The translations under genes were made by a program, and so were the position numbers. Source: Nemertoderma westbladi (Eukaryota > Animalia > Xenacoelomorpha). Taken from it: 64,000 nt of DNA. The stretch is taken from contig JAUCBJ010004292.1 in NCBI GenBank assembly GCA_032718475.1, forward strand, positions 1-64,000. The letters are read 5' to 3'. Of the stretch, positions 1-13,241 are shown piece by piece. Position 1 is the first letter of the stretch. Each line of letters starts with the position of its first letter. Below the pieces are notes generated by a model that was given only the letters and a program-made list of their open reading frames with translations, had not been told where the DNA came from and made no database searches.

Positions 1-3000
1 TTTAGTTATCTAGACTCGGCCTACTGGGTGTGTTGGGATTATATTTGTTTGTGTTGTTATTTTGTTTCTGTCCCTGCCACGGTGTGGCCCTACTCCCAGC
101 TATCTGTGGGCTTGTAGCCCCCTGTGTGGGTGCGTGTGGTAGCGACTGTCTTACTTTCGGGAATGGATCTGCCGGATTATGTTCGGGTTTAGGCCTGTTG
201 TATTCGGTCTTCGGCGCCTTCCCCAAACTATCCTCACTGTAGACTGGGTCTGTAATAAACTCTGCTTCGTAATTGAGGAAGTTCGACATTTCCTCTAAGC
301 CCGGTTCCGCACCTTTCTTCTCCCGGGTGGAGAAGGCGATCTTTCTCTATTTATTACGTAGCCAGATTGGCAGTGCCTGCGCTATCGTGGTGATATTATT
401 AGATGCGTTGAGTTCGTATGGCGCGTCTAGCGTCTTCAGCACGATTAACGCCTTCTCGACCTTATTCGTGAAGGTCTTTATGCTAACAGGGTTATCCTAT
501 AGGCCACCCGATGTTATTCCCCTGAGGGTCTGCCGGATGATCTTGGCTGGGTGTCCGTATTCCCTGTCTAGGGGCCGCCATGCAGTCGTGAAGCCACCCT
601 CGATGCCCTGATACTGCCTCACAATGTCGTATGCTGGGCCTCCTATGTATACCTGTAATATTTTAGGCACTCCGCCTGCGTCAGATTCTTAGTTAATATT
701 TCGTTGCTGTACATGCGTCGGAATTGCAGGTATTCTTCCGGTCCTGCTTCCGTCGAATTTAAATGGCTCAACTGGTGGTAGCTCGATCCTGGTCTTGAGC
801 GCATCGATAAGTGTTGCCATACCTGTGCCACGCCTGTGCTTCTAATGGGTTCGAGGGATGGTGTACAGACTCTCCTGTTGGGTGCGGTTCGCCCGTCGGG
901 CCTGTTGATCTTTTCTGTGTCGGATATATCATTTGGGGTAACAGCCCCCTCCATATCTCCGTGTCGCACGATCTGTTCTGGTCCAGGGGTTTCGATGTTC
1001 TGATCCCAGTTGAGTGTATTGTCAATATTGTAATGGGGAAATGTCACCCTGCCCCTCCCCCCCCACCGGTGTTATGTTTGGTACTGGGGTTGATGTTAAT
1101 ATATTGGGGCCCATACACCTATCTGCAATAACTCTCCCCTCCCCTGGATATATGTTATGTCCCTGCATATTATAGTCATACTGCTGTGCTGGTACCGGTA
1201 TAGGCCTATCCACTTCCTGCTTACCTACTGGTATGTACGCTGCGACTTCCGGATCTAATCCCGTTGTTCGCGCTCCCCTATCGCCTACACTATCTCTCCC
1301 AGCATGGCCTATAGTATGTGCAGTAAGGCCTACAGTATGTCCTGCAGTCTGCCTGTGCCCTTCCGGACCGAAGTTTAATCTTCTCGAATATTCCAAGAAG
1401 TCCTCCCCGCGACTACCGTACTCTCGATCGGCAGCTATATCCTGTCGGGAAGTTTCTCTTCGATCCCCTCTCCTGTTCTCGTCCTCGTATCGGTACGTTC
1501 TGTACCCTTCTCCTGGTGTGCGGTGCGTCTCTCCGGGGCGACGGCAATCTCCCGGAGTTCGACCCCACTGACTCCCTAACTCCATCTCTACTACCGACAG
1601 TTCACTGTCCGTCCTTGCTCTCCGGTTGCTCGTAGCAACGCTTCTTCTATTCTCTTCACTTCTTCGCTCTTCAGTGTAGTCCCCTCTCTCTCGACCTCCC
1701 GGTTAAACTCCACTGTTCTTCTTCTCTCTTCCGACTGACGTCTTCTCGCTCGCCCACTCCCGGCGTCAACATCTCTCTCTCGCCGGTGGACGCTCCTGGG
1801 GATACTCGCAATCCCCCTACTATTCTCCGTCGTGGTCACTACCTCTGTCCCGCGCATTATCGCCGACGCTCTGTGGGACATTCTCTGCCCCCCCCCCCCC
1901 CTCTCGCCACTAATCTCCCATGGTGGGGCGCCCGTAGCCCCCCCCCCCCCACTCGCCACTTCTTACTTCACTACCTCCTACTTCGCCTCTACGCCCCTCT
2001 CTAGTCGACGCACTATCTCTACTGCGGCTGGTCTATTCACCCCCGCCTCTCCCTCTACTACTGCGTGGCCTGGCAGGCTCCCGTCGGGTTGACTCACCCC
2101 CGCTACTCCCTGCCTAACTACGTGGCTTTGCAGGCTCTCATCGGGGTGACTCACCCCCGCTACTCCCTGCGTACTAACTACGTGGCCTTGCAGGCTCTCG
2201 CTGGCCGGACCACCTATGTCTCCTACATTAGTATTGATAGCCCCGTTATCAATATTATTATTTTCTAAATTATTTAAATTATTTGAATTATTTTGCTCAG
2301 AGTTTAAATTAGAATTATTATAATTTTGTATCTTTAAATTAATATTATTATTCGAATTATTTTGTATATTTGAATTTAAATTATTATTTGGATTATTTGT
2401 ATTTAAATTTAAATTATTATTACCAGGTAAAAGGTTATTTCCTGCAATAAAAGTTTGGTTAGGGTTGTCCACTACGGTACTATTAATATTAATTTCTCCT
2501 AACGTATTATTATTACCCCCCCCCCCCCCCCCCCGCCCGTACGGTTACACCAGTCCTGGCTCTGTCATCCGGTGCCTGTAAGTGGGGTATTAACAAACGT
2601 TTCCATTACTTCTGGCTCCTCGTAAATACTACCCGAGCCAGCCTCACTCTCAGATAATCCCAATTGCGCCAGTTCTAGTCGGCGCTTTTGCTTAGCCTGA
2701 TATTGCATAAGCCCCCTTAACCGGGCATGTATATCATCCCGCATGCACTTCCCCGCTCTCTCTCTCTCTCTATCTTCTCGTAAACTATGGTTCGCTAACT
2801 CTGTTTCTCTCGCCACCCGCTCTCTACGCTCGTTTTCTACTCTCTCTGCCCTCGCTTCCCGCTCCTTACGTTCATTCTCTACTCTCATTTCTCGTTCTTT
2901 ATGCTCGTTCTCTACTTTCACCTCTTGCTCTTTACGTTCCTCTGTCTCTCTCTCTTCTTGCTCTCTACAATTCCTCACCACCCTCTCGGCCCTCTCTCCA

Positions 3001-3902
3001 CACTCCCTCGCCAACTCTATCTCTTTCTCTAACAACGCAGTTTCCTCATCCAACTGCCTCTCTAATTCTTTCTGGTCTAGCGCCACCATGTCTAGTTGAC
3101 ACGCCAGATCTATCTCCAACACCCTTCTTGCTTTCGCAGAGGATGTAGTGGACTTATCGGTCGCGATGGACTCCCGTCGTCTCTCTGTCCTACTAACTTT
3201 CCCCCGCTTTCTGGGGTTCTCGCTAACTGATGAGACCGAATCCTCGGGGTTAACCTCGGGTTTGCCCTCATGCGGATCCGCCCAACCCACTAACTTAATT
3301 CCCCTGGCATCCACTAAATATGGCCCTATGTACACTACTTCAGGCTCCATAACCCCGGATCGCCACAGTTCGAATAGTTCGGTGGCGACACCCCTCGCTC
3401 TCTCACTCGCCAGTTCTCCCTGCCCAAAACGGAGCAGATACCAAAAATGTTTATTCGACTCACCTAGTCGTTGGTGTAACTTGGGCTGGTTTACCTTCTC
3501 TCCCTCTCTGTCCTCCTTTAACTGCTTCTTCGTGGCGTTGTAGGCCTGTCGAAGCCGATCTCTGGTCCCGACGTCCTCTTCGCCAACATCTCCTCCTCCT
3601 CTCCTGGTTCGGCGTCGTACCGGCGGCCCCACCATCGCCGTTCCGGTGGGCCGTCCTTCGCCCTCGGCCTGTGGCTGGCCGGCGACTTCGGTACTCCGAC
3701 CGCCATTGTGCGTCGACTCGTCCCTCTCTCGTGGTTGACGGCCGCCCTCCGCTTGGGGTACCGGATCGTCCCTCGTCGGCGAATCCGGCGTCGCAGGTCG
3801 ATACCGTCTCGTCGCGGCCTCGCGGATTGTTTGGTTGGTGTCGTCCGGGGTCCGCGGCCGCGTCCTCTCTCCCTCTGGATCTCGGGGCTCTCTATCACTC
3901 AT
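1..3902 (-). pseudogene. gag: BEL/Pao gag (coiled-coil N-terminus, Asn-rich linker, DUF1759-like capsid region), frameshifted
   Basis: Chain of ORFs 3902>2565, 2472>1978, 1959>1591, 1585>1022, 1047>643, 289>2. Joining frames gives PEEYLQFRRMY..LTQAECLKY/LQVYIGGPAYDIVRQY..GFTTAWRPLDREYGHP..ALPIWLRNK..EMSNFLNYEAEFITDPVYS, typical of BEL/Pao Gag. Several breaks lie near poly-C runs. Confidence 0.75.
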
Positions 3903-4361
3903 CTTTGCTTTATCTCTTCCTGGCAGTCACAGTTCGGTGGTTGGGAAATTGTATCACTGTGACGGGATCAAAGGATCCCGACCGGGTTGATTGTTTCGTA
4001 CGCGTCACCGCAGGCTGGGGTGTTACTGATTGTTTGGCCGAGGCCGTTAGAGAAAACTGAATTGAGTTAACGTTGTTGTTCAACAGTCTGATATGATATT
4101 GATGGCACAGTTGATATGATATTGTAAAAGCTTTTGCGGATATAACCAGTCATTTTCTCCGCAATATACCATATAGGTGTTTTAGCGGACATAACAAGCC
4201 ATTTCCCCCGCAATGCGCAGTATAGGTGCTTTAGCGGACATAACAAGCCATTTTTACCGCAATGCGCTTAATACTCTAAAGACTGGAACTCAGATGACGA
4301 AATCTGTCAGCTGATTTACTGTAAATGTGGAACATCTCTTTGTTCAGCTCGCTCAGCTCAG

Positions 4362-4373
4362 CCAATCAGAGCG
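4362..4373 (+). promoter_or_regulatory. CCAAT-box motif in LTR U3
   Basis: CCAATCAGAGCG is conserved in the otherwise divergent U3 of element B (23656-23667), 150-190 bp upstream of the inferred transcription start. Confidence 0.55.
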
Positions 4374-4550
4374 ATTTTCATTTTATCTTGTACAGAGGCC
4401 TACGGAAAACCGCGCAATGCATTACGGTCTTTGTTTTTTACCTTTCTGAGCGAGAGAACTGCTTGGAAATTCTTCTGTACTTCTGTGTTAGAAGTTTCAG
4501 ACTTTGACCTAAACATCAGAAACATCAGATGGCTTTGATTACAAGAATGT

Positions 4551-4561
4551 AAAACTATTAA
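4551..4561 (+). promoter_or_regulatory. Putative transcript 5' end / self-primer of element A
   Basis: AAAACTATTAA is the exact reverse complement of 5347-5357. Confidence 0.7.
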
Positions 4562-5346
4562 CTGAATCATACTTCATATCTGAATCACTGAAACAACGCG
4601 ATTCAACTACCGCATCACACCGCAATTCATGCATTGCTGCACATGGAACACTGCATAAGTAACACATACTGACTGTTCACCGCATTATTTGATTCTGTTA
4701 TAAATTGGTGTTATGTTGGTGTATATTGCTGATATATTTGGAGAATACCGATGAATAATCATAAAACCCCCAATCTTCTTGATTACTAAATGTTAGAGGA
4801 ACAGGTTTACCGGTAGCAACTGCGACTTACATTATAATGGTTTTTGCGTGAATTAAATGCTATTTCATGATCCCTACATGTGTCAGTTGCGATCCTCCTT
4901 ATATATGATCAAATTCAGTGACGGTCGGCAGATCAGTGTGCAGTAATGTGAAGTAGTGTGAAGTCGTGTGAAGTAGTGTGAAGGTTAATAAAGCATCTCC
5001 TAAAGAATGCGCTTTTTACGAAACTCAGTAGCCATCCAGTTGTGATTAGTATAAGTCATAACTCTGTTTTTATACTTAAAGCGCCACATCCTAAAGGAAC
5101 TGTTAATATTTCCCCGAAAGTAAATATATTGTCAGAGATTATATATTAACGATCAATCGAATAATACAGTAGGTCTACACTGCAATCACTATCAAAGCAT
5201 CCGAATCCAGTCTCCCTTAACTGTGGGTGAATGGTCGCGCACAGGCTGGCTTCGGCTGATGTACCTTCAGTACATTAAATAATTGATATACAAAAAGACA
5301 ATTAAAATTGGCAGGTTAAACTGCTAAAGTTCTAAAAGCGCGAACA

Positions 5347-5357
5347 TTAATAGTTTT
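5347..5357 (+). promoter_or_regulatory. Non-tRNA primer-binding site of element A
   Basis: TTAATAGTTTT directly abuts the LTR end, has no TGG, and is complementary to 4551-4561. Confidence 0.7.
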
Positions 5358-7323
5358 TAAACTCTTGATTGCACGTAGGCAATAAATATTTTGTCTATTG
5401 TTCTGGTAAGAACAATAATAGATTTTTGATTCTTTATTGCACCGTAGGCAATAAAGTCGAAGGTACCGGTCGAACGGTAAGCTGTAGGCCTAACTGCCCG
5501 AACCGGTACTTACAGGTACAGCAGTATTATTCGATTTTTATAATTATATACCGGTAGGTCTTGATATTTAATCAGGGACTGCAGCCCTGGTTTTTTTATT
5601 GGGATTTTACTTATTTCTGTCAGTTTTATTTATCTGTAAGTAATATTGAGCAGAAGGTGTGTAAGCCTGCTCAGATTGTATAAATAATTTGTAGGCTGGA
5701 TTGTTGTCTGACTGTTGTTGGGTCTGAAGAGATTGCAGTGTGTGTAGAGTGTATGTCCGATAAAGTACTAGTTAGGAAGGTGGGGGCATCCAGTGCTATA
5801 AGGTAAATCCCCCCCCCCCCACCCCCCGAAAGAATAAGTTGTACTACTCGGTTAGAACGCCTACTAACTAACCATTTCGGAGTCTGCATATACTGTAGTT
5901 TATTGAGGCTTGATAGTAGTCTGCCAACGTTTGGTCTGTATTTTGTTTGTGTAGTCTGCACGGGTAGCGTAATATTTATTATTCAGAGTCTATGCGAGTA
6001 TTCGCAACCTACATAACTCCCCAAGTTTATTCCTACAGTAATTGTGCTTGTTATACATACCGTTATAGTTAAATTAACCCCGGTACTACATCAGGGCTGC
6101 TTGGCATAGGTAAAGACTGGTGATTTTATGCTCTAGTCACTCCAGCAGATACCGTGGTTCTTTTAGCTGTACAAGTATATTTAACTGCTGGTTATTTGTT
6201 GTATAAGTACTTGTACCTAATTTAGGGTTTAGTGTACAGTGCTTTCCGAAGGTAATTAGTGTGTAGGCAGTATATTTGTGTTGTAAAGTGGTTAATAGGC
6301 ACGTTAGCTCTGGTTGGCTGCGGTAATTAACTTCTAGGTAAGGACACTCCAGGTACATAACGTAGTACTTATAGAGCTGTAGAGCTAAAGACTATAAGTC
6401 GTCAGATGGTGGTATTTTCTTATCTGGACAACGCAATATATATACTACTGCTTTATTATTTTCAAATACCGTAGTATCCTGTCCGTTTGTAAGAACCAGA
6501 AATTCTAACTCATTGTTAGGCTGGTTTGTAGATTTCCTGTAAAATTACCCTAAAATTTGTACGTGTAACTTTTGTGTTTATTTAGAGATTGTAATCTCAC
6601 ACTATATGTATGTAATTTGTAGTAATAAGTAACTTAGTAAAGTAGAATAATTTGTATTAGTGTCCAACAAGTAGCACTCCACTGAGAGCTTCCAGCTTCT
6701 GTGTAGTGACTCCTTACCCAGAAATAATAATATTTATTTCAAACATTGACAAAAACCCATTATACGGGTATATATATATTATAAATCAACTCAAACCGAT
6801 TTATAAAATAGTAGGCCTGTTATCCATCAATTAGGTCTTAATATCAGTTGGACTACTGCTTAATAACAGTAATAAAGTAAAGAAAAGTAACCCTAAAATT
6901 CAGAAATTCAGTTATTATAAAATAATTGACATACCGGTATTTACGATAGGCTTATTATATTTATTTCTATAAATTTATGCTGAAATTATATACCGGTATT
7001 CTGTAATTAATTCTAGTCCATAATCATACTTATATATACTATAAGTGTATGCTGTATACCGGTATTTATAGTAGGCTCATTATATATACTTATATAAATT
7101 TATGCTGAAATTATATACTGGTATTCTGTGACAAACCCTAGTCTGTAATAATACTTATATATATACTACAAGTGTATACCGGTATTCTAATATATTGTAT
7201 ATATATCACGTTACACTGAGTAACTGTATCGGTAATTAATTACTAGGCTTACAGTTGTTACTGAATTACTAGATTTGCTTTAACTGTCGTTATAGTAGTA
7301 GGCATTCAACTGTACAATCAAAC

Positions 7324-10300
7324 ATGGCTGACACAAAGCAAACTCTGTCAGATAGTCTCCTAGAAAGAACAGTCTGCGACTCCGACAGGAGTGCCGAACA
7401 TTTGAGACCTAAGTCCAAGTCCCCTCCTACTGTAAGAAAGGTCATCCCTCCAGTAGTAGTATCAGATCCTAGGCTAGTAAAGCACCGTAGGTCTATCATA
7501 GGCACTCGGGCTCAAGTCAAGCGGGACCAAGAGGCAGCTGTTAAACAGCAGCAGCACCCGAACCGAGAACTTATTTCTCAGCGGCCCGATAACTCCAGTA
7601 GTTCAGACACTGTAGAGTTGACACCCGAGCGCGGAGCAAAGATGGCAGAAGCAGTTTATTCGGATCCACTTCTCATTCTTCCTGAAGCCGTACTCACTAG
7701 AGTATTGATTGCGGTGGAGGAACATCAAATCGATTGGGCGAGAAGTAAGCGATCGACCAAGGACAGTTATGCGGGATACACGAAGGAGGAACTGAAGTCT
7801 ATTGTCGAGACGCAATGGAACTTCCCCGGACCCGGACTCCCGTTTAACTTATCGGAAGCTGCCTGGGAGGACTTATACAGGATGGGAGTGGTAAAGGACA
7901 CTAGAGATCCAGCTGTGTGGAAGAGGTCGGCAGCCGGATATGTACAGGGATTCTTCAGCTCTTTGGAGCGATTAGAGGAACAACTGTTCCAACAACCCCA
8001 GGGACCTCAAGAGCAGGGAGAGCTGCTTTATCAAGTTCGAGAACGAATCCTAAGAATCAGACTAATCCTTTCAGCCTTTGAGGAAGCCTCGAAGAGAAGC
8101 CAAGACACGTCGTTGCAAGTCGCCGTAAAGACTTGGTTCCAACAGGTGAGTCTTAAAGTCCAAGGAACAACCCAATGGAAAATTCAGCTAACTGAGCGCT
8201 CAACCCACAGAGAATCAACAGACGCTACCTTTTCTCAGGTGGAAAGTGAAGCGACATCAGAAAAACCTCAGAAGAAGGACGCCATTGACATCTATCTGTC
8301 GGACTATCAATGATTTATAGGTGACAAAGAGTTAAGGAGACGGCTAGCTGGACTTCACCCTAATAGTGAGGGAGCCAAATTTGTGCTAGACTCGTTAGAT
8401 GCGGAAAGGTTAGCAGCGGATCGAACTAAATTTGATGAAAGAATCCGCATAGTTAGGGTCCAAGAGGGCAGCTAAAGAAAAGGCAGATAGAAGACAGAAA
8501 GGCAGCGGCATCAGCGGCGGCAGAAGCTGAAAGAAAAGCGGCAGCGGCGGCGGCAGAAGTTGAAAGAAAAGCGGCAGCTGCATCGGCAGAAGCGGAAAGA
8601 AAAGCGGCAGCTGCAGCGGCAGAAGTGGAAAGAAAAGCGGCAACTGCAGCGGCAGAAGCGGAAAGAAAAGCGGCAGAGGCAGTGGCAGAAGCGGAACGGA
8701 GGGCATCTGAAGAGACTGCCCAACTAGAGTTGGAAAATCTTCAAGAGAAGCAAGATTACTTAAATAAACAGATACTAGTACTAGGATCGGCATGCTGCAT
8801 TGCAGCTGCATTTTTAAGAATGCTGTGCCGGCTTGTCAACAAAATTGCACCGCCACAACTCCCTATCACCCATGACATGTGCTAGATCATCCGCATCTTC
8901 AAGGCCAGTGTCCTTTAAGATACGTCTTAAGAAAGTCATGGGCTGTCCACCATGCTTATTCACTCCATGAGGCTGCCAAAGTACAAGATTATGCACTGGC
9001 TGGTCCTCATGGCAAAAGCAATGTCCTGCAAAGCGGAGGTGATTTTGTTCTAGTGTCAAGCTTGGGGGAACCAATGAGACACCTCTAATGTTATATAGTG
9101 TCTGGTTGGAGATGTGTGCATTGTACTTGACACAATGAACCCGGCGTAGCATTCTTGTGAATGTGCCATCCAGAGATTGGGTGTCCTCAGCAGTTAGAGC
9201 CCAGCATGGACTCCCGTAGAGGAGTACTGGAACTACTGCTGCTCTAAATAATCGGACCTTAAGTTTCCGATTAATTCTCGGTGACTTCCAAATCCTGGAA
9301 AGCCTATTAGGATATGCGTAGAACATAGTCAACCACAATAATGAACAAGAATGGTGCAAGTGTGTCTCCTTGGAGGACGCCCCATATCACTTCAAATGGT
9401 TCTGTGTCACTGTCAACAGTAGACACAAATGTTGTCGAACCATCGTATACTGATCTGATTGCTGCAATAATTTCATCAGGAATCTCATATAAAATGAAAG
9501 TATGCTGAACATATGTGAGCGAGAGACTGAATCAAAGGCCTTGAAGAAGTCAACAAAGATAACAGCCAGATGCCTGTCTTTCTTTTTTGATAACTCTTCA
9601 ATTATCCTTCTAAGTGCCAAAATGGGCTCCATGGTCCCACGACCTTTACGGAACCCATTCTGATTTCCACGTAGCAGTCTCTCAATGGGATCCCTGATGC
9701 GATTTAATAGAATTCTATTGTATAGTTTTGCAGCAATCGAGATCAATGAGATTCCCCGAAAAGAACCATAGAGTGTTAGGTTGCCCTTCTTGGGAACTGG
9801 CACCAACTTATTTGTTTTCATTTCTTGTGGGACTCTTGTTGTACGGTACATGTCTACTATGATGGGATAGATGAGCTTTAAACACTCAGGTATTTTAAAA
9901 ACCTCAGGGGGAACACCATCTACTCCACTGGCGCGATTGGTCTTAATGGTCTTTGCAGCAGCCTTCACTTCTGCAAAGGAGATATCGCCAATGGGAATAT
10001 CTGGGAGTACAGACTCAGACACTTTTACTTCTATAAAGTTATCAGGCAATACCCTGTCATTATTGAGGTGCTTTTCAAAGTGGGCTTTCCAACCATTGAG
10101 GCGATCGGCTGGTGATTCAGCCTTAACCTTGGTGGTTGGTTGGCTTTTCCGCACAGTAAGCAAATTGATCGATTTCCATGCCTGGGATGATTGCCTGCTG
10201 TTGTCAGCATCATTGATGGCATCAACCTGTTGGTTTATTAGCTCCTGTAGATTAACAGAGTACTGCCTGTTCAGGGACCTAGATGCAGCCTTAACTGCAT

Positions 10301-11835
10301 TCTTGGCCGCTGTAGTCTGTTTGAGTCGGGACTCTTTCTGCGCCTTATGAAGGTCATTTCGACACTTCTGAATTTTGTTGTCAGTCCAGGGGGCCCTTTT
10401 CCTGTTTCGAGGGTATACAGGAACTGTTTCTGCAGCTGCTAACTTAACTGCTTCTGTAAAGGCAGTATAGCCCTCACAGTGATCTGCCGCCTCAGAGGCA
10501 AGAGCCTCATACCTGTTGCTCAGCTGTAGTGTGAAGCTGGATCTCACACTTGGCTGTTGCAACAGAGAGGACCAGTCATGCCGCGGCAAGGCAGATTTCG
10601 TTGTTCTGCTAGCACGCAGACTAAGTCTTACCTTGGCCACAATAAGGCGGTGATCACTGGAGAAGGATCGAAGTGTAAATGCATTACAGTCTTGTATAGA
10701 GCTCCTGTATTTCCTACGAAACAGAATATGGTCTATCTGGGACTTGTGACCACTGGGTCCACTATGAGTCCATAGCTTTCCAGTTCGCTTCTTGAACTGG
10801 GTTCCAGCCGAAAACAATCCATTTCCAGAGATAAAATCCTGAAGATGGACAGAATTTCGGTTAACACTCTTGCTATAGACCCAGGGCGATGTAGGTGATT
10901 GATGCAGACTTGCATTAAAGTCTCCCAGGAATGTTAAGAATGCATGCTGATCCACTCCATCAGTAGCTGCTTGTAGATTGTGGTAGAAATTTTCCACCTC
11001 CTCTACAGCTAGTCAGATGCAGATTATAAGTCGATCTACTCCCAAGAGACAGGGATTTACATCATCTGATGAAGGCAATACAACAGATCCTGAAGGCGGA
11101 GGAAATAGATCTCGTTCCAACAGACGTAGAAGAACTCCCCACCGTCAGAAATTGCCTAATTTGCCCCCAGCTGTGAGAAGGCAACTAGCTAGTGTACACT
11201 TAGGTAGTACAGAGCACACAGACCAAATTATTAGAGTAGAAAGACTCCCTACTATAGTAGATGAGCCTGAAATAATTGGGCCTGTGCTCGAAGCCACCCC
11301 TTCTGTGATAGAGACACCTGTACTTCCAGAACCTAACTCTAAATTCCCTTTGCACAGTACTAAACTACCTGTGCCCAGTAGAATAGCACCAGAATCAGTC
11401 CCAGTCTTGGACGCCGAGCGAGACATCAACGATTTATCGCCCGTCGTCCCTCGTCTACCCGCTACTATGTTGGCGGCTCCCGCTTCGGCGGTCGAGTGGG
11501 TGGATGAGGGACGGCGGGGGATGGATCTCCTGCTTGGACAATTGGAGGAACAGCGCTTGCGTTCCTCCCAGCAGGTCCGAGAGATGGAAGGGACTGTTCA
11601 ACAGTTAAAGCGAACAGTAAGAGAAGGTAGGTTAGAGTTGCAAGAAGTGCAGCAGAGTATCGCGTTAGAACGCGATAAATTAGTAAATATACAAAGGGAT
11701 ATACCACCACCCCCTGTAACAATGTGTCAACCTGTCAATGTGCCAACCAAATATCGATAACTCGATATTAAATAATACGATGGCTCAAGAAAGTTTTACG
11801 CGTCAAATGGCTAGAACCGAAGCCCGTCAAGCGGT
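7324..11835 (+). pseudogene. gag: gag of element A (stop codon, LINE insertion, capsid and zinc-knuckle region deleted)
   Basis: Collinear with element B gag; premature TGA at 8311-8313; AAAEAERK coiled-coil repeats; RTE insert at 8775-11004; jumps from RTEARQAV directly to the pre-protease region at ~11835. Confidence 0.9.
8775..11004 (-). mobile_element. 5'-truncated, internally deleted RTE-clade LINE inserted in gag of element A
   Basis: APE C-terminus (LGDFNA, QIDHIL, SDHRL), RT motifs (QNGFRKGR, FVDFFKAFDSV, QGDTLAP), RTE C-terminus (LRFAGHC..LVLWQP..DRELW). The xADD core is missing at ~9310. Gag rejoins as ATA|ACAGCTAGT with no clear TSD. Confidence 0.9.
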
Positions 11836-11838
11836 TAT

Positions 11839-13241
11839 ATGACAAACACCGCGGTGTATCGAGCGCTTACGTATGAGACTGAAACCGATAACGAAGCGCA
11901 CCCGACTATTCCCGACCGACAACCATCTTGGAAAGCGCCAACTTCCAACATCGGAATCTGGGAATTCCCCGTAGTTCAGCTGAGAGTCCATGGATCAGGT
12001 AAGAGTTTTATAGTCAACGCCCTCCTGGACTCCGGCAGCACAGGAACATTCATCGACAATGAACTAGCCGAAGACATCTTTGCTGGACAACCCAAGTTCC
12101 GAACTAAGTTGAACCTTTCAGGAATTATGCAGGTTTGGAAATCCACAGTAGCTACAGACTACTATGTAGGAGCGTTGTCCACTCCCCAGGACGAACTAGG
12201 AGAACATAGCATAAGGTCAGTAAAAATGGTGGCGATAAAGAACTTTGCTACCAGCCAAGTGGAACCTTACAACTGGGATGAAGACGATTTTACCCAGCAG
12301 CATGATATCCCTAGATTCAAACCGACTACCCAGGAGTACAGATACTCATCGGCCAAAATGCGCATGAGGCGCTAGAGACATTAGAAAAACGGCCTGCTCG
12401 ACCGCAACCATTACAAACATATGCGGGAAGAACGAGAGTAGGTTGGTACTTCACTGGACCTTCCCGTAGAACACTCATGGAAAGATTACCTAACGACCAA
12501 GTACATCAGGTGAGTGAATGGGAAGAAGAAATCAGTGAGGGAGAGAACACAACTGAGGGAACACCACACTCCTCAGAAAATGACGATATTAACTCTAATG
12601 TAGATCAATGGAGACATTGCCCTGGGACGATTAATCCAGCCGACATCGCTTCCAGAGGAGCAACTCCTCAAGAACTGATAGATACTCCAGACTGGTTAGG
12701 TGGACCCGACTTCCTAAGTAAAGAAGAGGATGAATGGCCTCCTCATCTCACCACGGCTGAGATTAGACAAGCCAAGGGAGCGGAGAAAGTCAAACCTAAA
12801 ACCCGGACGAGTAAATCAAAGTTATTTAAACCCGTGATTGATCTGTCTGTACTACACATTTCAGGGGACGACGCTATGGGTCTAAACTCCCCCGCCACAA
12901 ATAAATCTGTCGTGGAAATTAGAGAAAGGGACTGTAAATCTGGAACACCAGACGTCTCGCAGGGACTCTCACCTCTCCTGCAGAGAGCTATAAATCACTA
13001 TAGCTCCTGGAATCGGCTTTGTAAGGCCGTCGTGTATTTGAAGCGATGTTTCCATCGTCACTATTCCAGGACAAAGAAGAAACCTGGAATTGTATTCGAA
13101 ACACAACAACTCAATCGCCCAGTTGGTCGTTTATGTTTACTGGAAAGTGACCGAGAACTATCCGGAAACTATGGAAGGCAAGATACTCTTCCCACGACCA
13201 CCTCCCTAATCCAACAAACATCTAGGGACTCCCCAACGTAA
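11839..13241 (+). pseudogene. pol: pol remnant of element A: aspartic protease plus short RNase H-end and integrase-tail fragments
   Basis: ALLDSGSTGTFI, then QWRHCPGTINPADIASRG, YSSWNRLCKAVVYL and LNRPVGRLCLL; frameshift near 12320; no YVDD or DDE domains. Confidence 0.88.

Larger units (their letters stand above)
4123..5346 (+). repeat. 5' LTR of element A (1224 bp)
   Basis: TGTAAAAGCTTTT...AAAAGCGCGAACA; near-identical to 16585-17748 but with one extra ~49-bp subrepeat near the start. Confidence 0.95.

Noticed and set aside
1050-2535. Programmed frameshifts at poly-C/G runs in element C gag
   Set aside because: Homopolymer slippage or sequencing error is simpler, and the element also has ordinary stop codons.
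5347-5380. Canonical tRNA PBS
   Set aside because: No TGG within the first bases after either 5' LTR, and the sequence is not conserved between A and B.
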